Origin: the human T2T-CHM13v2.0 reference genome, Homo sapiens
Direction: 5' to 3' (one strand)
Assembly: GCF_009914755.1 (NCBI RefSeq)
Contig: NC_060931.1
Length of the DNA: 64,000 nucleotides
In this document: positions 25,495 to 38,850 of the stretch, one piece after another
Numbering within the stretch: position 1 is the first letter of the stretch
How the letters are laid out: each line of letters opens with the position of its first letter
The notes under the pieces: model-generated
Database searches by the model: none
The model's input: the letters and a program-made list of their open reading frames with translations, nothing else
What the model was told of the DNA's origin: nothing
Translations under genes and position numbers: made by a program

Positions 25495-28400
25495 TTAAGA
25501 AGAAACTTCACCTTTAGCTTTATTAGACTTAATTGCGAGTATTTCTATTCTTTCTTTAATCTCTCAATTTTAATGATTTTGACATTTGAAGCTGGGATCA
25601 TCTTACTGGATCTCTCATCATTCTGTCACCTTAAATTTAGCAATATGATTATCTTCTCCAATGACAGAACATTTCAAGTGGGAACTGAGCCATGGCAGAG
25701 CTACAGTGTGTTGGCATGGCCCCCTTCCTTTCACTATCATCACCATTGTCATCATTGTATGGTTTAATATCTCAACATACATAAAAGCAAATAACGGAGC
25801 TAGCATCCTGCCCATTTTACCCCTGAGATGTTCCAAAATTCTGTGTTTAAAAACCTGTAAAATGAATGATTCAACATCTGTGACAGTCCTTTTATCTGCT
25901 GGTTTAGAAAGCACAGTAGTACTTTCCTGTCTCTCTAAGAGTTAATTTGTGCAAGCTGCTGGTATCACTTTAATATATATTTTCTGTCCCAAACAAAACC
26001 ACATGAAGATCCCGTTCTAAATTTTGCCAGGGACCCATGTAAAGCTTCTCAACTCACAGATCATAGCCTCCAACATTCTGTTTTTGGAAAATTCTTCTTG
26101 ATTTATGAGAGATGCCCAGTACTGGTTTTACTAAGATGTTGGCCAGGATGAAAAGAGTAACAACAACAACAACACCTATCAGAACGTGCTTTCAAGTTTC
26201 TAAAAGATTAATAGTCATTCTCACAGTCTTCTCTCTTCATAGAACTATGAGGTTGATAAATTTTCTGGCTTCTCCCCAGAGAAATAACTTGGTCAAAACA
26301 CTCAGGAAGGGGTAAGCCAAAACATCAACTTGGATCTTTCCATCCCAGACCTTGTACTAAATGAAGGAAGTAAAATAGGATCAGGTGATTCTCTTTTTCA
26401 TATTGTCTCTGAGAAAAAGTAAGTGAAATAAACTTAAGTTTTGGGGACCTGGACACTAATCAGCTTGTTTTTGTTTTGGTATTTTGTTTTTTAATTACAG
26501 ATGTTTATTATTTCTTTCATTATTTCACCAAACCAAGTTTTTCTTAAAACCAAGATCTATTGCCTTGGTCTAAAATAAAAATAAAAGTAAAACAAATAGT
26601 ATCATTTTATGTAAATAGCAGACTTGGGATACTTAAGATTGAAATTCTTGCCAGAATCATAAATCACTGACAGAAAATAATGGTCTTTTTATTACTTTAA
26701 AAATTAAACTAACATCTAGGCTATTTAAATGTTAATAAAAGTGAGTTTGGAAGGGTTGGAGTTTATTTCAGAGAAAATTTTTTCTTTCTTTACTTTTTTT
26801 TTTTTTTTTTGTAATTTTGATCCAAAACTAGCCTGTCTCCAGAATGAGGCCTGCAATCTGATCAGCCCTGAATTTCCTGCAAAACTGTGGTTCTTCCTAT
26901 TTACATTCAGTGTGAATTCTTCAAGGAACTTGCATACTGCAACTGTTCAGCACTAACTAACTTCTGTTAATCTCAGATTATTAACTGGCAGGCAAAAATG
27001 AAATGGCCCAATGGTCTTCAAACTCAAATTGTTCAAATCCAAAATATGTCATATATATAAATCATTGCTTTTATAAAACTGCTGTATAAATTAGTTTTAC
27101 GTAAACTGCAATTACAAGTTTTGTTTTCTGTAAAAATTGCTTATGAATTCTTCAATTTTATAGATTTCTGAGAATGAATAGAATACTCTTTGTGTGTGTA
27201 TTGCTCCTATATTTTAGTGACAATTATTACTTGGGCCTTTCCAATTCTTTGAGCTGGTTGTGCTCTGAACGTACCTCTAAATCTACCTTCTGGTGATTGA
27301 TGAATACTCTCATCCATCATATTAGAACAATTTCTCAAGTTCTCAACATTTTTTAATTAAGAAAAAATTTAAATTTGTTCCCATTGTGTTCATGTGACTG
27401 TATTTCTTAGCTGTAGAAGTCCTCTGATGAAATAAAAAACGTCTCTTTCAAACAAGGATAGAGGGAAGACATTTTGATTCCTGAAGAAAGTCTGTGATCT
27501 AACCACAAATCCGAATAGCATTAACATTCTTGACTTTCCTCACCACTTATTTAATTTCTAAAATAATCTTTGCTTGTTCCTTTAGAACGAGTACTAGTTA
27601 TAAAAAAACCAGAGAACACATTGGTTCAACAACCAATTTCAAAGAAGAACAAACATAATTCTCAAAATAAAAATGGACACTAGTAAACCTCACTTCAGAT
27701 ATTCTGAAAAAAATAGTTTAAAATTAAGTTATGAATTTTAGAAAAGAAAGACATAAGTTCAATATTCTAGTAAAATGAAAGTAAATACCTTATGTTACTT
27801 CTTGAAATATATATAATTCAAATTTCAAATTGTGATGTGACGTGTGACCAAGTAAAGGGGTTTTTTCATCATTGTTTTGTTTGCTTTTTGTTTTCTTCCC
27901 CTAGTAGTACATGTCCCCACAATGTCAATGTAGGAAGTGGGAATATTTCCAAGGTTATCCCACAAGCACTTATTTGGCCCTTAAGCTAACTTAATCATCC
28001 AGAGTCACTATGAACCTGAGCATGGCTTGACTTGGAAACTCTGTGCCTTACTTAATGGACAGATCAGTAGGTGGTAAAGAGGAAAACACTGATCTCAAGG
28101 AGAGTCCCATGCCAGCATCAGGGAGGCTCTGAGTCAGGGAAACTGAGGGCCTCAGGAATGAAAGACAAGGGCTGCCTCTGTCAACAGCTCCACTGATTAT
28201 AGTGGAAATAACCTAGTTTCCCCATCACTCCTGCTGAATTGCTCTATAATTATTTCCAGTTTTACATATTGAGAAATGCAAAACAACAAAAGCCTTTATT
28301 CAATCAATAGCTTCATCGTGTGTGGTTAATTCTGATTTTGCATCCGTTAGATTTCATGTTGTGCATTAGATTCCAATTAAAATCTCTCTTTGATGTAACT

Positions 28401-28569
28401 GTATGCATATCAATGAACATAGGTAAACATAAGGTGCAAAAAGCTTAAAAATTAGAAATGACAGCTTCCATAGTCTCAGTAATTTTAGTAAGAAAAAAAT
28501 CATCAATTATATATTTAGCTAGAGAAGTCATTTGTCAACTTTTTGAACTCCATTCAAATGAGCTGGCCA

Positions 28570-28990
28570 TTTATTCATTTACTCAATCATTCATTTATCA
28601 GTTCTTTAATTCACTGAGCTTCTAGTGTGTGTCTGGTAGACATGGGCACTGAAGATGAATTTTCATCTGTGATTTTATCGTAAGGTATGCAAGTGAACAC
28701 ATACAATGCAGTAAGTACTCCATCATAAAGAGCACCCAGCAAAGAGGATGCACAGCTTCCTCAGACAAAGAAAAGATGTGGCTAGAGATCATTCCTAAGG
28801 GAGAGTTAATGACTGGAGATGTGGAAGAATATTTCAGCCAAAGAATAGCCATGATGTGGCAAAAGTCAAGCCTAGAGCCTGTGGTAAAAATCCAGGAAAG
28901 GAAGCTGAATGGTTAGGCAAAAGCCAGACAATAAGGACTTTGTGGGAAAAGGATAAGGAGTCTGAATTTAAGTCAGAAATAGAAATATCA
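28570..28990 (-). mobile_element. L2 3' fragment
   Basis: (ATTC)n-like tail then 'tcactgagcttctagtgtgtgtctgg' and L2 body. Confidence 0.6.
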
Positions 28991-29111
28991 CTGGCTGTGA
29001 TTAATTTATGTGCTAGACATCATGTTGTAATTTTATCTTCTCTGATGGTCACAGCAACTCTCTGACGATCTCTAAAAAACATTTTTTTTTTAGAGAAGTA
29101 AACCAAGTGAC

Positions 29112-29400
<289 letters not shown>

Positions 29401-29497
29401 GAAGTGAACCAAGTGACTTACTCCAATTCACTCCATTTTTTCTGAAGCCAATAAAGGATTCACATCTAAATCTTACATAAGTTCTTGCTGTAATAAC

Positions 29498-29945
29498 TGT
29501 TTGAGTCCATTTAGGCAACAAAACAAAACACCATAGACTGGGTGACTTATGAAGGAGGGACATTGATCTCTCACAGTTCTGGAAGCTGACACTCTGATAT
29601 CAAGGTATCAGCAGATTGCTGTCCGATGAGTGGTTACTTCCTGATTCATAAATGGGGACTTCTGGTTGTGCCTTTGTAGGGTAGAAGAAGTAGGGGAACT
29701 CTCTAGGGCCTCTTTTTTTTTTTTTTGAGGGAGTCTCACTCAGTTGCCCAGGCTGGAGTGCAATGGCGCAATCTCGGCTCACTGCATCTAGGGTCTCTTT
29801 TATAAAAACACTAATACAATTTGTGAGGCTCCACTCTCATGTCCTAATCACCTCCCACAAACCTACTTCCTAATATATCCCCCTTGGGGTTTAGGATTTT
29901 AACATATAAATTATTGGAGGATAAAAACATTCAGTCCATAGAAGT
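29498..29945 (-). mobile_element. MaLR solo LTR (MLT1A-like)
   Basis: 'accatagactgggtgacttat...tctcacagttctggaagctg...ctccactctcatgtcctaatcacctccc...acattcagtccatag'. Confidence 0.85.
29713..29786 (-). mobile_element. Severely 5'-truncated Alu (about 60 bp plus tail)
   Basis: Poly(T) plus the Alu 3' end only; TSD tctaggg(c/t)ctctttt on both sides. Confidence 0.9.
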
Positions 29946-30699
29946 CACCAAACTGGTTCTACTCACAGTGTAACTGCAAGGCCAGTGCCAGACTGTCATG
30001 AAATAACTACTAGCCTTGAGAATCTAGGAGAATTTATGTTGGAAACTTAGCAATCTGACCTTGCTGTGATGTTCAGGTGCACAATCAATGAACATGACTC
30101 ATCAGATTACAGACAGATTTTAGTGCTGTGGAACTCAAATGGGCAGTCTCCAATGGCATGAGCTGTGTCAGGCAGACAAGAACGTCATACCAGTCTGATA
30201 ATTAATTAAAAAACAAAAACAAAATCAACTGGTTCTTCACTAAAGTGAATTTGAGAAACACTTTCTTAGCACTGGAAGTAATTGCTAGAGATGGAGTGAG
30301 ATTATCATCAGTGTTCTAGAAAAAGATCCCTGGAACCGCTAGGCACTGGTTTGAAGAGAGATGCAAAGGATAGGTCGGGCTCTCAGGTGGAACTATTATA
30401 GACAGCACAAGTCTCCCAGAAGGTGAGAGGTGATGGAGCCAGGAACACCACAGTACACATAAGGTGAAACAAAAACATTAATTACCAAGAAGGAAACAAG
30501 GAGAAGAATCGGTGCTTTTCTGACAAATTGCATATGTAAGGTAAAAGAGCAATGAGGATCATAACATTTCTGATTTGGAAAACTAGAATGCCAATGATGT
30601 CTAGAAAATGGAAGAAGAAATATAAGATGAAAATGAGCACTTTGGGGAACAAGGCTGTGAGGATCGTAATGGGAATGGTGGTTTATTTTGTTCATATCC

Positions 30700-30850
30700 C
30701 AATGGGAGCCAGACAACTAATGAGCTATGGCTATGAAATCAAACCGGATGGGTTAGAATCTGGCTTCTGCCATTCACCCACTAGATGGCCTTAGGCAAAT
30801 TATTTCTCTTCAGTCTTTGTTTCTTCATTTGTAAAATAGAGATAGAGTGA
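30700..30850 (+). mobile_element. MIR
   Basis: 'gaatctggcttctgccattcacc...ccttaggcaaattattt...gtttcttcatttgtaaaat'. Confidence 0.65.
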
Positions 30851-32791
30851 AGAAAAAATTATTTTACGACGTATTTTTTTCTTACTTGCTAATTTAATAA
30901 TATTCCCTGAATTTCCATTTTTGTTTGTTTTGTTGCAGTGTATTCTGGTTTATTTGTGTTTGTAGTTTGTTACGTTTATCTATTCTGATCAAATGGTCAT
31001 CTCTCTGAATTCTTAATAATTAGTTCAGATTTCCATACTTTCACTCAATCAAAGAGGATACCCCTAAATAGAACTTAATACCTAAATATCTGAGACATGC
31101 TGGAAGAAAGCTGGAAAAGCAATGTTCTTAAAAAAGTGGGAGATGTTGGATTTCATTTGAAAGGGTATGAACTAACACTTTTTCTTGAGACTATGCTTAA
31201 ACTGTATTTAAAAACAAATTGGTTTGAAAATACTTAAGAGGAAAATGACTTTTTACCCTCTTATAACAGAAATAGCATGGTTTATGGAGAAATAATGGTT
31301 TAGTATCATCTAGGGATTTTGTATAAACAGACCTGGTAAGATGTACGTGGCAAGACACTTCCAGTTTGTCCATTATAGAAGCTTAGGCAAAGTGAAATAC
31401 TTTCACCACAAACATCTAGAAATCAAGAATAAGATATACTACCACAATTTTACATGAATATCTGATCTTGCAAGGAAGGAAAAGAAATCTCTAGATGCAA
31501 AAAAAAAAAAAAAAGGAATTAAAGACAAGACAGTAAACTAATGCTGAGGTTCTTTTGAGAAGAAACAGAGACAGGGAGTATGAATCATGAGCCAGGCTTG
31601 GGATTACTGGAGAGAGGATGTTCACACTGGGCCAATGTAATGTGAAGGGTTTGGAAGGATGCCTTTTCTAAAGGCAGAAACTGCCAGGGGCTATATTCCA
31701 TGACTTTGAAAAATTTGGGTCATTGGTACAGGCAGATAGCAAAAAAGTAAAGTAATATGTCTGTTTTACCTGAACATTTGTAATGGGTGATTGGCAGCTA
31801 TCAAAACATTCAATTGTGTGATCCTGTACATAATGTTTGGAATTAAAAACAATAGTATAAGAGATTATTAAAGGAAATTAAGGAAAATTAAAGAAGATAT
31901 AAATAAAGTAGAAAAGCATTCCATGTTCATGTATCAGCATATTTAATATTGTTTAGATGGCAATTCTTTCTAAACGAATCTACAGATTGAACACAACCTC
32001 TACCGAATTCCTGATGACTTGTTGTGGGGTTTTTTTTGCAATGATTTCCAAACTGTTTCTAAAATTCACATGGAAAAACACAGGACGCAGAGTAGCCAAA
32101 ACAATCTTTAAAAAGAAGAACAAATTTGGAGGACTCACAATTCCTAGTCCTAAAACTTGTTACAAAGCTATAGTAGTTAGGAAAGTGGTACTAGAGGGGG
32201 CAGACTTTTGTTTGTTTTGTTTCATTTAATATGCAACACAAAGTTATAAAAAAGAGAGTGGCACTAGAATAAGAATAATTGCATCATCAGTGGGATAGAA
32301 TTAAGGGTTCAGGAAAAAAAATCTCTTGCATTTATGATGAACTGACTTTCAACAAAGGTGACAAGGAAAATAAAAGGGGAAAGAATAATCTTTTCAGCAA
32401 ATAGTGTTGGGGCAACTGAATATGCACGTGCAAAAGAATAAAATAGGACACCTTCGCTACATCATTGTAAAAATTACTCAAACATATCAAAGACAAAAAT
32501 GTAAGATCTAAAACTATAGAATGTTTAGAGGAAATAATAGGAGTAAATCTTCATAACCTTGGTTTAGACATTGATTTTTAAATATATGATAGCAAAAGCA
32601 CAAGGAATAAAACATAGATAAATTGGACTTCCAATTGAAAACTATTTTGCTGCAAAAGATGCCACCAAGAAAGTGAAAGAACAACCCACAAAATGGAAAA
32701 AACTATTTGCAAATTATATTTCTGAAAAAGAACATGTATGGAGACTATATAAAGAACTTGCAACTCAACAATAAATAGACCAATGACTCAT

Positions 32792-32921
32792 TTGAAAATG
32801 GGCAAATAATCTAAATAGACATTTCTCCAAAAAAGATATACAAATGGCCAATAAAGTTGAAAATGGGCAAATAATCTAAATAGGCATTTCTCCAAAAAAG
32901 ATATACAAATGGCCAATAAAG
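32792..32921. repeat. 65-bp tandem duplication inside old L1
   Basis: 32792-32856 vs 32857-32921, one mismatch. Confidence 0.95.
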
Positions 32922-34657
32922 ACATGAAAATATGCTCAACATCACATTATTAGACATTACCTAAATGCAAATCAAAACCACAATATCACTTGATATCCTT
33001 ATAAGATGGATACAATTTCTAAAAAGACAAGAGGGAAATATAAATTAATACAAGGACAAAATATAATTACACACCTATTGAAATGGCCCAAATCCAGAAC
33101 ACTGATAGTATCAAATGCTAGAAAGGCTGTAGACTAACAGAAACTCTTATTCATTACTGGTGGGAATGTAAAATAGAAAAGTCCCTTTAGAAGACAGTTT
33201 GGCAATTTCTTACAAAACTAAACATGCTTTTATCAGATAATACAGCAATTACACTTCTCAGCATTTACCCAAATGAGATGAAGACTACATCCACACAAAA
33301 ACTTGCACATAAATGTTTATAGCAGCTTTATTCCAAATTGACAAGACCTGGAAACAACCAAATGATCTTTAGTAGGGGAGTGGATAAATGATCTGTGGTA
33401 TATCAAGGTAATGGAATATTATTCAGCACTAAACAGAAATGAGTTATCAAGGCATGAAAAGATGAGGAAGAAACTCCAATGCATATTACTAAATGAAATA
33501 AGTTAGTCTGTATTATTCCAAGTATATAACATTCTGGAAAGGCAAGACTATGGAGACAGTAAAAGGATCAGTGATTGTCGGGTTGGGAGAGAGAGGGATA
33601 AATAGGAGCACAGAGGATTTTTAGGGCAATGAAGCTAGTCTATATGATACTATAGTGGTTGATACATGCCATTATACATTTGTCTAAACTTGTAGCATGT
33701 GCAACATCAAGAAAGAACCCTAATGGAAACTATTTTTTACATTAGGACTCTGGATCCTGAGTGATGATTTGTCAATGTAGATTCATTAATTGTAACAAGC
33801 ATACTGCTCTGCCAGGGGATGTTGATAATGAGGGAGGCTGTGAATGTGTGGGGGAAGGGAATTATGGGAAATCACTGTCCTTTTCTCTAAAATTTGTTGT
33901 CAACCTAAAACTGCTCTATAAGGGAAGAACACACACTGGGATCTTTTCAAGGGTGGAGAGTGTGAAGAGTAAGAGGATGAAGAGAAAATGATTAATGGAT
34001 TCTAGGCTTAGTACCTGGGTGCTGAAATAATGTGTATAACAAACCCCCATAACACAGTTTACCTATGTAACAAACATGCAGTTGTACCCCTGAATGTAAA
34101 AGTTTTAAAAAAATTTAAAAAAAGAATAAGATTTTTAACAAAAAGACAAGTATTGATAAGAATGTGGATAATTGAAGCACATTTATTGCTAATTGAAATA
34201 GAAATATGCATTCTCTTTGAAAAGCAATTGGGGATTATCTCAAAATGTTAAGCATGGAGCTATCACATGACCTGGAAAGTCTATTCCTAGGTAGATATTC
34301 ACATAAAATGAAAACATATATCCATGCAAAAATTGCACATGAAGGTTCTAATTCATAAGAGTATTATTAATAGCCAAAAAGTTAAATGTCTATCAACTGA
34401 TGAAAAGAAAAACAAAATGTGGTATATTTTTACAATAAATTATTATTTTAAAATAAAAAGGAATACTGACATGTTTCAACGTGGATGAACTTCAAAACGT
34501 TATGTTAATAAAAAGAAAAGCCTGTCACAAAAGACTGCATATTATATGATTTTCTTCATATGAAAGTTTGTAATAGTTAAATCTACAGATGCAGAAAGTA
34601 GATAAGTAGTTTCCTTGGGCTTGGAAAGTGTTGCAGAATTGTTAAGAAATAGCTACT

Positions 34658-35019
34658 TGCTGTGGTCTGAATGACTGTGTCCCCTAAAATTTGTATGTTG
34701 AAATCCTAACTCCAAAGCTGATGGTATTAGGAGGTGAGGTCTTCAGGAGGTGATTAGTTCATGAGGGTAGAACCCTCATGTATAGGATTAGTACAATTAT
34801 AAAGAGGCCTGAGGTAACTCAGTCATCGCCTTACCATGTGAAAATGTAGTGAGAAAGTGCCATCTATGAACAGAAGAGCAGGTCATCACCAGACACCTAA
34901 TCTGCTGGCATCTTGATCTTGCACTTCTCGGCATATAGAACTGTGAGAAATAAATTTCTGTTATTTGTAAGCCACCCAGTTTACAGTATATTATTACAGC
35001 ATCCCAAACACACAAAGAT
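34658..35019 (+). mobile_element. MLT1A-type MaLR solo LTR
   Basis: 'tgctgtggtctgaatg..tgtgtcccc..aaatt..tatgttgaaatcctaac...agaactgtgagaaataaatttctgtt...agccacccagttta'. Confidence 0.9.
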
Positions 35020-35696
35020 GCTGATAATGGGTACTAAATTTATTTTTCATATAATAAAAATTTTCTCAAATTAGATTATGGCGATGATTGTACAGCTGAA
35101 AATATGCTGAACACATTGAACTCTGCTCTCTAAATAGACAAATGTTATGGTATGTAAATTATATATTTATAAAGCTATTTTTTAAAAAAATCAAATAGCA
35201 TACCTATGTTCCAGAAACCCTAAACTCAGTAATTAACATAAAATTGCTCTTAGAACTGTGATATACCTGGGAAATCTTTTAAAAGATAATGCAAAATATC
35301 ACTAGAACAAAATATCTTCAAGTAGAGGATTCCCATGGATACAGCCTTGTTGAAGATGAGCTCACAGTTCACAATTATAAAACACAAAATGAGACTATCC
35401 ACAGTGATTGAGTCAATGGAAAAAATAGGAAAAGCAAATGTTTTTGGTTCTTACCTGATTTTTTTAATGCAATTGATTGCATACCACTATAATCAATATG
35501 TTGACTATCATACTGATCAAATCACTCTAAAAAAACCACTGCTCTACCAACAATTGAAAGTAGATAAGTTAGAAAAGTGGTAACAAAATCAAAAAGTGAT
35601 ATCAAAGAAAATCAGGAGAAAAAGGTTAGTAGAAGCATTGACAAAATCTACAAATATGTTTTTATATACATGATTACAAGTGGTCTGAAACAAAAG

Positions 35697-38600
35697 CAAA
35701 CTCCAGCAGACCTACAGCAGAGGGGCCTGAATGTTAGAAGGAAAACTAAGAAACAGAAAGGAATAGCATCAACATCAACAACAAGGACGTCCACACAGAA
35801 ACCCCATCCGAAGGTCACCAACATCAAAGGCCAAAGGTTGATAAATCCATGAAGATAAGAAAAAACCAGCACAAAAAGGCTGAAAATTCAAAAAAACCAG
35901 AAGACCTCTTTCCTCCAAAGGATCACAACTCCTTGCCAGCAGGGGAACAAAACTGGATGGAGAATGAGTTTGCCAAATTGACAGAAATAGGCTTCAGAAG
36001 GTGGGTAATAACAAACTCCTCCAAGCTAAAGGAGCATGTTCTAACCCAATGCAAAGAATCTAAGAACCTTGAAAAAAGGTTAGAGGAATTGCTAACTAGA
36101 ATAATCAGTTTAGAAAAGAACATAAATGACCTGATGGCGCTGAAAAACACAGCACGAGAACTTCGAGAAGCATACACAAGTATCAAGAGCCAAATCGATC
36201 AAGCAGAAGAAAAGATAACAGAGATTGAAGATCAACTTAATAAAATAAAGCATGAAGACAAGATTAGAGAAAAAAGAATGAAAAAGAATAAACAAAGCCT
36301 CCAAGAAATATGAGACTATATGAAAATACCAAACCTACGTTTGATTGGTGTACCTGAAAGAGACAGGGAGAATGGAACCAAGTTGGAAAACACTCTTCAG
36401 GATATTATCCAGGAGAACATCCCCAACCTAGCAAGACAAGCAAACATTCAAATTCAGGAAACACAAAGAACACCACGAGTATACTCCTGGAGAAGAGCAA
36501 CCCCAAGACACATAATCATCAGATTTACCAAGTTTAAAATGAAGGAAAAAATGTTAAGGGCAGCCAGAGAGAAAGGTCTAGTTACCCACAAAAGGAAGCC
36601 CATCAGACTAACAGCGGATCTCTCTGCAGAAACCCTACTAGCAGAAGAGAGTGGGGGCCAATATTCAACATTCTTAAAGAAAAGAATTTTCAACCCAGAA
36701 TTTCATATCCAGCCAAACTAAGCTTCATAAGCAAAGGAGAAATAAAATCCTTTACAGAGAAACAAACGCTGAGGGATTTTGTTACCACCAGGCCTGCCTT
36801 ACTAGAGCTCCTGCAGGAAGCACTAAATATGGAAAGGAAAAACCAGTACCAGCTACTGCAAAAATATACCAAATTGTAAAGACCATGGACACTATGAAGA
36901 AACTGCATCAACTAATGGGCAAAATAACCAGCTAGCATCATAATGACAGGATCAAATTCACACATAACAATATTAACCTTAAATGTAAATGGGCTAAATG
37001 CCCCAATTAAAAGACACAGACTGGTAAATTGAATGGAGTCAAGAACCATCAGTGTGCTGTATTCAGGAGACCCATCTCACATGCAAAGACACATGTAGGC
37101 TAAAAATAAAGATGTGACGGACCTCTTCAAGAGAACTACAAATCACTGCTCAAGGTAGTAAGAGAAGACACAAACAAATGGAAAACATTCCATGGTCATG
37201 GATAGGAAGAATCAATATCATGAAAATGGCCATACTGCCCAAAGTAATTTATTGACTCAATGCTATCCCCATCAAGATACCATTGACTTTCTTCACAAAA
37301 TTATAAAAAACTACTGTAAATTTCATACAGAACTAAAAAAGAGCTTGCAGAGCCAAGACAATCCTAAGCAAAAAGACCAAAGCTGGAGGCATCATGCTAC
37401 CTGACTTCAAACTATACTACAATGCTACAGTAACCAAAACAGCACGGTACTGGTACCAAAACAGATATATAGGCCAGTGGAACAGAACAGAGGCCTCAGA
37501 AATAATGTCACACATCTACAACTATCTGATCTTTGACAAACCTGACAAAAACAAGCAAGGGGGAAAGGATTCCCTATTTAATAAATGGTGTTGGGATAGC
37601 TGGCTAGCCATAGGCAGAAAACTAAAACTTGGCCCCTTCTTTACACCTTATACAAAAATTAACTCAAGATGGGTTACAGACTTAAACATAAGACCTAAAA
37701 CCATAAAAACCCTAGAAGAAAACCTAGGAAATACTATTCAGTACATAGGGATGGGCAAAGACTTCATGACTGTAACACCAAAAGCAATGGCAACAAAAGC
37801 CAAAATTGGCAAATGAGATCTAATTAAACCTTCTTCCCAGCAAAAGAAACTATCATTGGAGTGAACAGGCAACTTACAGAATGGGAGAAAACTTTTGCAA
37901 TCTATCCATCTGGCAAAGGGCTAATATCCAGAATCTACAAGGAACTTAAACAAATGTGCAAGAAAAAACAAACTACCCCATCATAAAAGGGCAAAGATAT
38001 GAAAACAAACTACCCCATCAAAAAAGGGCAAAGATATGAATAGACACTTCTCAAAATAAGACATTTATTTGGCCAAAAAACATATGAAAAACGATCAACA
38101 TCACTGTCATTAGAGAAATGCAAATCAAAACTACAATGAGATACTGTATCATGCCAGTGAGAATGGCAATCATTAAAAAGTCAGGAAACAGCAGATGCTG
38201 GAGAGGATGTGGAGAAATAGGAATGCTTTTACATTGTTGGTGGGAGTATACATTAGTTTAACCACTGTGAAAGACAGTGTAGTGATTCCTCAAGGCTCTA
38301 GAACCAGAAATACTGTTTGACCCAGCAATCCCATTACTGGGTATATACCCAAAGGATTATAAATCATGCTACTATAAAGACACATGCACACATACGTTTA
38401 TTGCAGCACTGTTCACAATAGCAAAGACTTGGAACCAACCCAAATCCCCATCAATGATAGACTGGTTAAAGAAAATGTGGCACATACACACCACAGAATA
38501 CTATGCAGCCATAAAAAAGGGTGAGTTCATGTCCTTTGCAGGGACATGGGTGAAGCTGGAAACCATCATTCTCAGCAAACTAACACAGGAACAGAAAACC

Positions 38601-38850
38601 AAACACTGCATGTTCTCACTCATAAATGGGAGTTGAACAATGAGAACACATGGACACAGGGAGGGGAACATTACATACCAGGGTCTATCAAGGGTGGGTG
38701 GCTACGGGAGGGATAGCATTAGGAGGAATACCTAATGTAGATGACAGGTTGATTGGTGCAGAAAACCACCATGACACATGTATACCTATGTAACAAACAT
38801 TCACATTCTGCACATGTATCCCAGAACTTAAAGTATAATTTAAAAAAATT
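35697..38850 (+). mobile_element. L1PA7-like element: partial 5'UTR, ORF1, ORF2 with large internal deletion, 3'UTR
   Basis: ORF1 35849-36879 (disrupted; 'VGFRRWVITNSSKLKEHVLTQCKE' region), ORF2 ATG at about 36942 (MTGSNSHITILTLNVNGLNAPIKRHRL), jump to post-RT sequence at about 37110, 3'UTR and A-tail at about 38850. Confidence 0.96.

Larger units (their letters stand above)
31860..35190 (+). mobile_element. Nested old L1M elements (ORF2 3' part and 3'UTRs), including an L1PA15/16-like 3' end at about 33925-34125
   Basis: Degenerate ORF2 'MAILSKRIYRLN...KKKNKFGGLTIP..KTCYKAIV' and several successive L1 3'UTR segments. Confidence 0.85.

Noticed and set aside
26349-26424. Possible exon (…ttccatcccag| ... 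aa|gtaagt)
   Set aside because: Splice-like signals alone are common; no coding homology or partner exons seen.
35849-37816. Functional L1 ORF1/ORF2
   Set aside because: Stops and frameshifts in ORF1, most of ORF2 deleted and the 5'UTR truncated.
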